From NCBI GenBank assembly GCA_964057225.1, contig OZ059895.1, positions 124,001 through 188,000 of the forward strand: a stretch of 64,000 nucleotides of DNA. Direction: 5' to 3'. A program made the position numbers and the translations under genes. Of this stretch, positions 13,200 to 26,800 are shown one piece after another. How positions within the stretch are numbered: position 1 is the first letter of the stretch; each line of letters opens with the position of its first letter. The notes under the pieces are model-generated. The model searched no databases. It was not told where the DNA came from and saw only the letters and a program-made list of their open reading frames with translations. The stretch is from Auanema rhodensis (taxonomy: Eukaryota > Animalia > Nematoda).

Positions 13200-16100
13200 G
13201 GTTACCATGAACCAATATCAATAAAAATTTGTTTTTAGACTAATATGGACATGGGGAATCTAATTTTGAAAACCGCATCTCTTTATCTTTCACGTGAAGC
13301 GAGTTACATACCAAGTGCACATCACGTGTACATTTAATTAGCATAAATTAAAGTTCACGTAAATTTCAAAGTCATGGTTACCATGCACCAATATCAATAA
13401 AAATTGGTTTTCAGACTAATATGGACATGGGGAATCTAATTTTAAAAATCGCATCTCTTTATCTTTCACGTGAAGCGAGTTACATACCAAGTGCACATCA
13501 CGTGTACATTTAATTAGCATAAATTAAAGTTCACGTAAATTTCAAAGTCATGGTTACCATGCACCAATATCAATAAAAATTGGTTTTTAGACTAATATGG
13601 ACATGGGGAATCTAATTTTGAAAATCGCATCTCTTTATCTTTCACGTGAAGCGAGTTACATACCAAGTGCACATCACGTGTACATTTAATTAGCATAAAT
13701 TAAAGTTCACGTAAATTTCAAAGTCATGGTTACCATGCACCAATATCAATAAAAATTGGTTTTTAGACTAATATGGACATGGGGAATCTAATTTTAAAAA
13801 TCGCATCTCTTTATCTTTCACGTGAAGCGAGTTACATACCAAGTGCACATCACGTGTACATTTAATTAGCATAAATTAAAGTTCACGTAAATTTCAAAGT
13901 CATGGTTACCATGAACCAATATCAATAAAAATTTGTTTTTAGACTAATATGGACATGGGGAATCTAAATTTGAAAACCGCATCTCTTTATCTTTCACGTG
14001 AAGCGAGTTACATACCAAGTGCACATCACGTGTACATTTAATTAGCATAAATTAAAGTTCACGTAAATTTCAAAGTCATGGTTACCATGAACCAATATCA
14101 ATAAAAATTTGTTTTTAGACTAATATGGACATGGGGAATCTAATTTTGAAAACCGCATCTCTTTATCTTTCACGTGAAGCGAGTTACATACCAAGTGCAC
14201 ATCACGTGTACATTTAATTAGCATAAATTAAAGTTCACGTAAATTTCAAAGTCATGGTTACCATGCACCAATATCAATAAAAATTGGTTTTTAGACTACT
14301 ATGGACATGGGGAATCTAATTTTGAAAATCGCATCTCTTTATCTTTCACGTGAAGCGAGTTACATACCAAGTGCACATCACGTGTACATTTAATTAGCAT
14401 AAATTAAAGTTCACGTAAATTTCAAAGTCATGGTTACCATGCACCAATATCAATAAAAATTGGTTTTTAGACTAATATGGACATGGGGAATCTAATTTTG
14501 AAAATCGCATCTCTTTATCTTTCACGTGAAGCGAGTTACATACCAAGTGCACATCACGTGTACATTTAATTAGCATAAATTAAAGTTCACGTAAATTTCA
14601 AAGTCATGGTTACCATGCACCAATATCAATAAAAATTGGTTTTTAGACTAATATGGACATGGGGAATCTAATTTTAAAAATCGCATCTCTTTATCTTTCA
14701 CGTGAAGCGAGTTACATACCAAGTGCACATCACGTGTACATTTAATTAGCATAAATTAAAGTTCACGTAAATTTCAAAGTCATGGTTACCATGAACCAAT
14801 ATCAATAAAAATTTGTTTTTAGACTAATATGGACATGGGGAATCTAAATTTGAAAACCGCATCTCTTTATCTTTCACGTGAAGCGAGTTACATACCAAGT
14901 GCACATCACGTGTACATTTAATTAGCATAAATTAAAGTTCACGTAAATTTCAAAGTCATGGTTACCATGAACCAATATCAATAAAAATTTGTTTTTAGAC
15001 TGATATGGACATGGGGAATCTAATTTTGAAAACCGCATCTCTTTATCTTTCACGTGAAGCGAGTTACATACCAAGTGCACATCACGTGTACATTTAATTA
15101 GCATAAATTAAAGTTCACGTAAATTTCAAAGTCATGGTTACCATGAACCAATATCAATAAAAATTTGTTTTTAGACTAATATGGACATGGGGAATCTAAT
15201 TTTGAAAACCGCATCTCTTTATCTTTCACGTGAAGCGAGTTACATACCAAGTGCACATCACGTGTACATTTAATTAGCATAAATTAAAGTTCACGTAAAT
15301 TTCAAAGTCATGGTTACCATGCACCAATATCAATAAAAATTGGTTTTTAGACTAATATGGACATGGGGAATCTAATTTTAAAAATCGCATCTCTTTATCT
15401 TTCACGTGAAGCGAGTTACATACCAAGTGCACATCACGTGTACATTTAATTAGCATAAATTAAAGTTCACGTAAATTTCAAAGTCATGGTTACCATGCAC
15501 CAATATCAATAAAAATTGGTTTTTAGACTAATATGGACATGGGGAATCTAATTTTGAAAATCGCATCTCTTTATCTTTCACGTGAAGCGAGTTACATACC
15601 AAGTGCACATCACGTGTACATTTAATTAGCATAAATTAAAGTTCACGTAAATTTCAAAGTCATGGTTACCATGCACCAATATCAATAAAAATTGGTTTTT
15701 AGACTAATATGGACATGGGGAATCTAATTTTAAAAATCGCATCTCTTTATCTTTCACGTGAAGCGAGTTACATACCAAGTGCACATCACGTGTACATTTA
15801 ATTAGCATAAATTAAAGTTCACGTAAATTTCAAAGTCATGGTTACCATGAACCAATATCAATAAAAATTTGTTTTTAGACTAATATGGACATGGGGAATC
15901 TAAATTTGAAAACCGCATCTCTTTATCTTTCACGTGAAGCGAGTTACATACCAAGTGCACATCACGTGTACATTTAATTAGCATAAATTAAAGTTCACGT
16001 AAATTTCAAAGTCATGGTTACCATGAACCAATATCAATAAAAATTTGTTTTTAGACTAATATGGACATGGGGAATCTAATTTTGAAAACCGCATCTCTTT

Positions 16101-17070
16101 ATCTTTCACGTGAAGCGAGTTACATACCAAGTGCACATCACGTGTACATTTAATTAGCATAAATTAAAGTTCACGTAAATTTCAAAGTCATGGTTACCAT
16201 GCACCAATATCAATAAAAATTGGTTTTTAGACTACTATGGACATGGGGAATCTAATTTTGAAAATCGCATCTCTTTATCTTTCACGTGAAGCGAGTTACA
16301 TACCAAGTGCACATCACGTGTACATTTAATTAGCATAAATTAAAGTTCACGTAAATTTCAAAGTCATGGTTACCATGCACCAATATCAATAAAAATTGGT
16401 TTTTAGACTAATATGGACATGGGGAATCTAATTTTGAAAATCGCATCTCTTTATCTTTCACGTGAAGCGAGTTACATACCAAGTGCACATCACGTGTACA
16501 TTTAATTAGCATAAATTAAAGTTCACGTAAATTTCAAAGTCATGGTTACCATGCACCAATATCAATAAAAATTGGTTTTTAGACTAATATGGACATGGGG
16601 AATCTAATTTTAAAAATCGCATCTCTTTATCTTTCACGTGAAGCGAGTTACATACCAAGTGCACATCACGTGTACATTTAATTAGCATAAATTAAAGTTC
16701 ACGTAAATTTCAAAGTCATGGTTACCATGAACCAATATCAATAAAAATTTGTTTTTAGACTAATATGGACATGGGGAATCTAAATTTGAAAACCGCATCT
16801 CTTTATCTTTCACGTGAAGCGAGTTACATACCAAGTGCACATCACGTGTACATTTAATTAGCATAAATTAAAGTTCACGTAAATTTCAAAGTCATGGTTA
16901 CCATGAACCAATATCAATAAAAATTTGTTTTTAGACTGATATGGACATGGGGAATCTAATTTTGAAAACCGCATCTCTTTATCTTTCACGTGAAGCGAGT
17001 TACATACCAAGTGCACATCACGTGTACATTTAATTAGCATAAATTAAAGTTCACGTAAATTTCAAAGTCA
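13200..17070 (+). repeat. 11-monomer duplication (1936 bp) built from a 5-mer (880 bp) higher-order unit; boundaries approximate
   Basis: GACTACT at ~14299/16235 and GACTGAT at ~15002/16938 are offset by 1936 = 11x176. The TCTAAATTTG variant at ~13088, 13968, 14848 steps by 880. Confidence 0.85.
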
Positions 17071-20000
17071 TGGTTACCATGCACCAATATCAATAAAAAT
17101 TGGTTTTTAGACTAATATGGACATGGGGAATCTAAATTTGAAAACCGCATCTCTTTATCTTTCACGTGAAGCGAGTTACATACCAAGTGCACATCACGTG
17201 TACATTTAATTAGCATAAATTAAAGTTCACGTAAATTTCAAAGTCATGGTTACCATGAACCAATATCAATAAAAATTTGTTTTTAGGCTAATATGGACAT
17301 GGGGAATCTAATTTTGAAAACCGCATCTCTTTATCTTTCACGTGAAGCGAGTTACATACCAAGTGCACATCACGTGTACATTTAATTAGCATAAATTAAA
17401 GTTCACGTAAATTTCAAAGTCATGGTTACCATGCACCAATATCAATAAAAATTGGTTTTTAGACTAATATGGACATGGGGAATCTAATTTTGAAAATCGC
17501 ATCTCTTTATCTTTCACGTGAAGCGAGTTACATACCAAGTGCACATCACGTGTACATTTAATTAGCATAAATTAAAGTTCACGTAAATTTCAAAGTCATG
17601 GTTACCATGCACCAATATCAATAAAAATTGGTTTTTAGACTAATATGGACATGGGGAATCTAATTTTGAAAATCGCATCTCTTTATCTTTCACGTGAAGC
17701 GAGTTACATACCAAGTGCACATCACGTGTACATTTAATTAGCATAAATAAAAGTTCACGTAAATTTCAAAGTCATGGTTACCATGAACCAATATCAATAA
17801 AAATTTGTTTTTAGACTAATATGGACATGGGAAATCTAAATTTGAAAACCGCATCTCTTTATCTTTCACGTGAAGCGAGTTACATACCAAGTGCACATCA
17901 CGTGTACATTTAATTAGCATAAATTAAAGTTCACGTAAATTTTAAAGTCATGGTTACCATGAACCAATATCAATAAAAATTTGTTTTTAGACTAATATGG
18001 ACATGGGGAATCTAATTTTGAAAACCGCATCTCTTTATCTTTCACGTGAAGCGAGTTACATACCAAGTGCACATCACGTGTACATTTAATTAGCATAAAT
18101 TAAAGTTCACGTAAATTTCAAAGTCATGGTTACCATGCACCAATATCAATAAAAATTGGTTTTTAGACTAATATGGACATGGGGAATCTAATTTTGAAAA
18201 TCGCATCTCTTTATCTTTCACGTGAAGCGAGTTACATACCAAGTGCACATCACGTGTACATTTAATTAGCATAAATTAAAGTTCACGTAAATTTCAAAGT
18301 CATGGTTACCATGCACCAATATCAATAAAAATTGGTTTTTAGACTAATATGGACATGGAAAATCTAATTTTGAAAATCGCATCTCTTTATCTTTCACGTG
18401 AAGCGAGTTACATACCAAGTGCACATCACGTGTACATTTAATTAGCATAAATTAAAGTTCACGTAAATTTCAAAGTCATGGTTACCATGAACCAATATCA
18501 ATAAAAATTTGTTTTTAGACTAATATGGACATGGGGAATCTAATTTTGAAAACCGCATCTCTTTATCTTTCACGTGAAGCGAGTTACATACCAAGTGCAC
18601 ATCACGTGTACATTTAATTAGCATAAATTAAAGTTCACGTAAATTTCAAAGTCATGGTTACCATGAACCAATATCAATAAAAATTTGTTTTTAGACTAAT
18701 ATGGACATGGGGAATCTAATTTTGAAAATCGCATCTCTTTATCTTTCACGTGAAGCGAGTTACATACCAAGTGCACATCACGTGTACATTTAATTAGCAT
18801 AAATTAAAGTTCACGTAAATTTCAAAGTCATGGTTACCATGCACCAATATCAATAAAAATTGGTTTTTAGACTAATATGGACATGGGGAATCTAATTTTG
18901 AAAATCGCATCTCTTTATCTTTCACGTGAAGCGAGTTACATACCAAGTGCACATCACGTGTACATTTAATTAGCATAAATTAAAGTTCACGTAAATTTCA
19001 AAGTCATGGTTACCATGAACCAATATCAATAAAAATTTGTTTTTAGACTAATATGGACATGGGGAATCTAATTTTGAAAACCGCATCTCTTTATCTTTCA
19101 CGTGAAGCGAGTTACATACCAAGTGCACATCACGTGTACATTTAATTAGCATAAATTAAAGTTCACGTAAATTTCAAAGTCATGGTTACCATGCACCAAT
19201 ATCAATAAAAATTGGTTTTTAGACTAATATGGACATGGGGAATCTAATTTTAAAAATCGCATCTCTTTATCTTTCACGTGAAGCGAGTTACATACCAAGT
19301 GCACATCACGTGTACATTTAATTAGCATAAATTAAAGTTCACGTAAATTTCAAAGTCATGGTTAACATGAACCAATATCAATAAAAATTTGTTTTTAGAC
19401 TAATATGGACATGGGGAATCTAAATTTGAAAACCGCATCTCTTTATCTTTCACGTGAAGCGAGTTACATACCAAGTGCACATCACGTGTACATTTAATTA
19501 GCATAAATTAAAGTTCACGTAAATTTCAAAGTCATGGTTACCATGAACCAATATCAATAAAAATTTGTTTTTAGACTAATATGGACATGGGGAATCTAAT
19601 TTTGAAAACCGCATCTCTTTATCTTTCACGTGAAGCGAGTTACATACCAAGTGCACATCACGTGTACATTTAATTAGCATAAATTAAAGTTCACGTAAAT
19701 TTCAAAGTCATGGTTACCATGCACCAATATCAATAAAAATTGGTTTTTAGACTAATATGGACATGGGGAATCTAAATTTGAAAACCGCATCTCTTTATCT
19801 TTCACGTGAAGCGAGTTACATACCAAGTGCACATCACGTGTACATTTAATTAGCATAAATTAAAGTTCACGTAAATTTCAAAGTCATGGTTACCATGAAC
19901 CAATATCAATAAAAATTTGTTTTTAGACTAATATGGACATGGGGAATCTAATTTTGAAAACCGCATCTCTTTATCTTTCACGTGAAGCGAGTTACATACC

Positions 20001-23000
20001 AAGTGCACATCACGTGTACATTTAATTAGCATAAATTAAAGTTCACGTAAATTTCAAAGTCATGGTTACCATGCACCAATATCAATAAAAATTGGTTTTT
20101 AGACTAATATGGACATGGGGAATCTAATTTTGAAAATCGCATCTCTTTATCTTTCACGTGAAGCGAGTTACATACCAAGTGCACATCACGTGTACATTTA
20201 ATTAGCATAAATTAAAGTTCACGTAAATTTCAAAGTCATGGTTACCATGCACCAATATCAATAAAAATTTGTTTTTAGACTAATATGGACATGGGGAATC
20301 TAATTTTGAAAACCGCATCTCTTTATCTTTCACGTGAAGCGAGTTACATACCAAGTGCACATCACGTGTACATTTAATTAGCATAAATTAAAGTTCACGT
20401 AAATTTCAAAGTCATGGTTACCATGCACCAATATCAATAAAAATTGGTTTTTAGACTAATATGGACATGGGGAATCTAATTTTGAAAATCGCATCTCTTT
20501 ATCTTTCACGTGAAGCGAGTTACATACCAAGTGCACATCACGTGTACATTTAATTAGCATAAATTAAAGTTCACGTAAATTTCAAAGTCATGGTTACCAT
20601 GCACCAATATCAATAAAAATTGGTTTTTAGACTAATATGGACATGGGGAATCTAATTTTGAAAATCGCATCTCTTTATCTTTCACGTGAAGCGAGTTACA
20701 TACCAAGTGCACATCACGTGTACATTTAATTAGCATAAATTAAAGTTCACGTAAATTTCAAAGTCATGGTTACCATGAACCAATATCAATAAAAATTTGT
20801 TTTTAGACTAATATGGACATGGGGAATCTAATTTTGAAAACCGCATCTCTTTATCTTTCACGTGAAGTGAGTTACATACCAAGTGCACATCACGTGTACA
20901 TTTAATTAGCATAAATTAAAGTTCACGTAAATTTCAAAGTCATGGTTACCATGCACCAATATCAATAAAAATTGGTTTTTAGACTAATATGGACATGGGG
21001 AATCTAAATTTGAAAACCGCATCTCTTTATCTTTCACGTGAAGCGAGTTACACACCAAGTGCACATCACGTGTACATTTAATTAGCATAAATTAAAGTTC
21101 ACGTAAATTTCAAAGTCATGGTTACCATGAACCAATATCAATAAAAATTTGTTTTTAGACTAATATGGACATGGGGAATCTAATTTTGAAAACCGCATCT
21201 CTTTATCTTTCACGTGAAGCGAGTTACATACCAAGTGCACATCACGTGTACATTTAATTAGCATAAATTAAAGTTCACGTAAATTTCAAAGTCATGGTTA
21301 CCATGCACCAATATCAATAAAAATTGGTTTTTAGACTAATATGGACATGGGGAATCTAATTTTGAAAATCGCATCTCTTTATCTTTCACGTGAAGCGAGT
21401 TACATACCAAGTGCACATCACGTGTACATTTAATTAGCATAAATTAAAGTTCACGTAAATTTCAAAGTCATGGTTACCATGCACCAATATCAATAAAAAT
21501 TGGTTTTTAGACTAATATGGACATGGGGAATCTAATTTTGAAAATCGCATCTCTTTATCTTTCACGTGAAGCGAGTTACATACCAAGTGCACATCACGTG
21601 TACATTTAATTAGCATAAATTAAAGTTCACGTAAATTTCAAAGTCATGGTTACCATGAACCAATATCAATAAAAATTTGTTTTTAGACTAATATGGACAT
21701 GGGGAATCTAAATTTGAAAACCGCATCTCTTTATCTTTCACGTGAAGCGAGTTACATACCAAGTGCACATCACGTGTACATTTAATTAGCATAAATTAAA
21801 GTTCACGTAAATTTCAAAGTCATGGTTACCATGAACCAATATCAATAAAAATTTGTTTTTAGACTAATATGGACATGGGGAATCTAATTTTGAAAACCGC
21901 ATCTCTTTATCTTTCAAGTGAAGCGAGTTACATACCAAGTGCACATCACGTGTACATTTAATTAGCATAAATTAAAGTTCACGTAAATTTCAAAGTCATG
22001 GTTACCATGCACCAATATCAATAAAAATTGGTTTTTAGACTAATATGGACATGGGGAATCTAATTTTGAAAATCGCATCTCTTTATCTTTCACGTGAAGC
22101 GAGTTACATACCAAGTGCACATCACGTGTACATTTAATTAGCATAAATTAAAGTTCACGTAAATTTCAAAGTCATGGTTACCATGAACCAATATCAATAA
22201 AAATTTGTTTTTGGACTAATATGGACATGGGGAATCTAATTTTGAAAACCGCATCTCTTTATCTTTCACGTGAAGCGAGTTACATACCAAGTGCACATCA
22301 CGTGTACATTTAATTAGCATAAATTAAAGTTCACGTAAATTTCAAAGTCATGGTTACCATGAACCAATATCAATAAAAATTTGTTTTTAGACTAATATGG
22401 ACATGGGGAATCTAATTTTGAAAACCGCATCTCTCTATCTTTCACGTGAAGCGAGTTACATACCAAGTGCACATCACGTGTACATTTAATTAGCATAAAT
22501 TAAAGTTCACGTAAATTTCAAAGTCATGGTTACCATGCACCAATATCAATAAAAATTTGTTGTTAGACTAATATGGACATGGGGAATCTAATTTTGAAAA
22601 CCGCATCTCTTTATCTTTCACGTGAAGCGAGTTACATACCAAGTGCACATCACGTGTACATTTAATTAGCATAAATTTACATTTAATTGGCATAAATTAA
22701 AGTTCACGTAAATTTCAAAGTCATGGTTACCATGAACCAATATCAATAAAAATTTGTTTTTAGACTAATATGGACATGGGGAATCTAATTTTGAAAACCG
22801 CATCTCTTTATCTTTCACGTGAAGCGAGTTACAAACCAAGTGCACATCACGTGTACATTTAATTAGCATAAATTAAAGTTCACGTAAATTTCAAAGTCAT
22901 GGTTACCATGAACCAATATCAATAAAAATTTGTTTTTAGACTAATATGGACATGGGGAATCTAATTTTGAAAACCGCATCTCTTTATCTTTCACGTGAAG

Positions 23001-23808
23001 CGAGTTACATACCAAGTGCACATCACGTGTACATTTAATTAGCATAAATTAAAGTTCACGTAAATTTCAAAGTCATGGTTACCATGAACCAATATCAATA
23101 AAAATTTGTTGTTAGACTAATATGGACATGGGGAATCTAATTTTGAAAACCGCATCTCTTTATCTTTCACGTGAAGCGAGTTACATACCAAGTGCACATC
23201 ACGTGTACATTTAATTAGCATAAATTAAAGTTCACGTAAATTCCAAAGTCATGGTTACCATGAACCAATATCAATAAAAATTTGTTTTTAAACTAATATG
23301 CACATGGGGAATCTAATTTTGAAAACCGCATCTCTTTATCTTTCACGTGAAGCGAGTTACATACCAAGTGCACATCACGTGTACATTTAATTAGCATAAA
23401 TTAAAGTTCACGTAAATTTCAAAGTCATGGTTACCATGAACCAATATCAATAAAAATTTGTTTTTAGACTAATATGGACATGGGGAATCTAATTTTGAAA
23501 ACCGCATCTCTTTATCTTTCACGTGAAGCGAGTTACATACCAAGTGCACATCACGTGTACATTTAATTAGCATAAATTAAAGTTCACGTAAATTTCAAAG
23601 TCATGGTTACCATGAACCAATATCAATAAAAATTTGTTTTTAGACTAATATGGACATGGGGAATCTAATTTTGAAAACCGCATCTCTCTATCTTTCACGT
23701 GAAGCGAGTTACATACCAAGTGCACATCACGTGTACATTTAATTAGCATAAATTAAAGTTCACGTAAATTTCAAAGTCATGGTTACCATGCACCAATATC
23801 AATAAAAA

Positions 23809-23828
23809 TTTGTTGTTGTTTGTTGTTG
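23809..23828. other. SatA strand-switch junction with 10-bp tandem duplication (TTTGTTGTTG x2)
   Basis: 23809-23818 and 23819-23828 both read TTTGTTGTTG. Forward SatA matches up to 23817, and reverse-complement SatA (AATTTACGTGAAC) resumes by 23830. Confidence 0.92.
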
Positions 23829-26800
23829 GAATTTACGTGAACTTTAATTTATGCTAATTAAATGTACACGTGATGTGCACTTGGTATGTAACTCGCTTCA
23901 CGTGAAAGATAAAGAGATGCGATTTTCAAAATTAGATTCCCCATGTCCATATTAGTCTAAAAACCAATTTTTATTGATATTGGTGCATGGTAACCATGAC
24001 TTTGAAATTTACGTGAACTTTAATTTATGCTAATTAAATGTACACGTGATGTGCACTTGGTATGTAACTCGCTTCACGTGAAAGATAAAGAGATGCGGTT
24101 TTCAAATTTAGATTCCCCATGTCCATATTAGTCTAAAAACAAATTTTTATTGATATTGGTTCATGGTAACCATGACTTTGAAATTTACGTGAACTTTAAT
24201 TTATGCTAATTAAATGTACACGTGATGTGCACTTGGTATGTAACTCGCTTCACGTGAAAGATAAAGAGATGCGGTTTTCAAAATTAGATTCCCCATGTCC
24301 ATATTAGTCTAACAACAAATTTTTATTGATATTGGTTCATGGTAACCATGACTTTGAAATTTACGTGAACTTTAATTTATGCTAATTAAATGTACACGTG
24401 ATGTGCACTTGGTATGTAACTCGCTTCACGTGAAAGATAAAGAGATGCGATTTTCAAAATTAGATTCCCCATGTCCATATTAGTCTAACAACAAATTTTT
24501 ATTGATATTGGTTCATGGTAACCATGACTTTGAAATTTACGTGAACTTTAATTTATGCTAATTAAATGTACACGTGATGTGCACTTGGTATGTAACTCGC
24601 TTCACGTGAAAGATAAAGAGATGCGGTTTTCAAAATTAGATTCCCCATGTCCATATTAGTCTAACAACAAATTTTTATTGATATTGGTTCATGGTAACCA
24701 TGACTTTGAAATTTACGTGAACTTTAATTTATGCTAATTAAATGTACACGTGATGTGCACTTGGTATGTAACTCGCTTCACGTGAAAGATAAAGAGATGC
24801 GGTTTTCAAAATTAGATTCCCCATGTCCATATTAGTCTAACAACAAATTTTTATTGATATTGGTTCATGGTAACCATGACTTTGAAATTTACGTGAACTT
24901 TAATTTATGCTAATTAAATGTACACGTGATGTGCACTTGGTATGTAACTCGCTTCACGTGAAAGATAAAGAGATGCGGTTTTCAAAATTAGATTCCCCAT
25001 GTCCATATTAGTCTAAAAACAAATTTTTATTGATATTGGTTCATGGTAACCATGACTTTGAAATTTACGTGAACTTTAATTTATGCTAATTAAATGTACA
25101 CGTGATGTGCACTTGGTATGTAACTCGCTTCACGTGAAAGATAGAGAGATGCGGTTTTCAAAATTAGATTCCCCATGTCCATATTAGTCTAAAAACAAAT
25201 TTTTATTGATATTGGTTCATGGTAACCATGACTTTGAAATTTACGTGAACTTTAATTTATGCTAATTAAATGTACACGTGATGTGCACTTGGTATGTAAC
25301 TCGCTTCACGTGAAAGATAAAGAGATGCGGTTTTCAAAATTAGATTCCCCATGTCCATATTAGTCTAAAAACAAATTTTTATTGATATTGGTTCATGGTA
25401 ACCATGACTTTGAAATTTACGTGAACTTTAATTTATGCTAATTAAATGTACACGTGATGTGCACTTGGTATGTAACTCGCTTCACGTGAAAGATAAAGAG
25501 ATGCGATTTTCAAAATTAGATTCCCCATGTCCATATTAGTCTAAAAACAAATTTTTATTGATATTGGTTCATGGTAACCATGACTTTGAAATTTACGTGA
25601 ACTTTAATTTATGCTAATTAAATGTACACGTGATGTGCACTTGGTATGTAACTCGCTTCACGTGAAAGATAAAGAGATGCGATTTTTAAAATTAGATTCC
25701 CCATGTCCATATTAGTCTAAAAACCAATTTTTATTGATATTGGTGCATGGTAACCATGACTTTGAAATTTACGTGAACTTTAATTTATGCTAATTAAATG
25801 TACACGTGATGTGCACTTGGTATGTAACTCGCTTCACGTGAAAGATAAAGAGATGCGGTTTTCAAAATTAGATTCCCCATGTCCATATTAGTCTAACAAC
25901 AAATTTTTATTGATATTGGTGCATGGTAACCATGACTTTGAAATTTACGTGAACTTTAATTTATGCTAATTAAATGTACACGTGATGTGCACTTGGTATG
26001 TAACTTGCTTCACGTGAAAGATAAAGAGATGCGGTTTTCAAAATTAGATTCCCCATGTCCATATTAGTCTAAAAACAAATTTTTATTGATATTGGTTCAT
26101 GGTAACCATGACTTTGAAAATTACGTGAACTTTAATTTATGCTAATTAAATGTACACGTGATGTGCACTTGGTATGTAACTCGCTTCACGTGAAAGATAA
26201 AGAGATGCGGTTTTCAAAATTAGATTCCCCATGTCCATATTAGTCTAAAAACAAATTTTTATTGATATTGGTTCATGGTAACCATGACTTTGAAATTTAC
26301 GTGAACTTTAATTTATGCTAATTAAATGTACACGTGATGTGCACTTGGTTTGTAACTCGCTTCACGTGAAAGATAAAGAGATGCGGTTTTCAAAATTAGA
26401 TTCCCCATGTCCATATTAGTCTAACAACAAATTTTTATTGATATTGGTGCATGGTAACCATGACTTTGAAATTTACGTGAACTTTAATTTATGCTAATTG
26501 AATGTACACGTGATGTGCACTTGGTATGTAACTTGCTTCACGTGAAAGATAAAGAGATGCGGTTTTCAAAATTAGATTCCCCATGTCCATATTAGTCTAA
26601 AAACAAATTTTTATTGATATTGGTTCATGGTAACCATGACTTTGAAAATTACGTGAACTTTAATTTATGCTAATTAAATGTACACGTGATGTGCACTTGG
26701 TATGTAACTCGCTTCACGTGAAAGATAAAGAGATGCGGTTTTCAAAATTAGATTCCCCATGTCCATATTAGTCTAAAAACAAATTTTTATTGATATTGGT

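Larger units (their letters stand above)
1..23817 (+). repeat. Satellite A tandem array, 176-bp monomer, forward orientation (~135 copies; continues beyond window start)
   Basis: TTTCAAAGT recurs at 1, 177, 353, 529, 705, 881, 1057, 1233, giving a 176-bp period. Monomers differ by only a few SNVs, with occasional 197-bp and one 153-bp variant. The array ends at ...AAAATTTGTTGTT (23817). Confidence 0.99.

Noticed and set aside
5313-17040. Four 60-aa minus-strand ORFs (5313, 8720, 14922, 16858)
   Set aside because: Each spans one SatA monomer in which a single SNV removes the usual in-frame stop (TAG to TAC or CAG). They pair up only because of the 19-mer and 11-mer duplications, and there is no recognisable domain or gene context.
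23809-23828. Telomere-like or microsatellite seed (TTG)n at the SatA switch
   Set aside because: It is only ~20 bp, is fully derivable from the adjacent TTTGTTGTT allele, and is not a canonical telomeric repeat.
23230-23842. Simple fold-back origin of reverse SatA from the rare AAATTCCAA variant at 23238-23246, which matches TTGGAATTT at the junction
   Set aside because: The first reverse monomer (TTGGTT/AATCGC type) does not mirror the monomer upstream of 23246 (TTGTTGTT/AACCGC type). The GG is explained equally well by the junction insertion.
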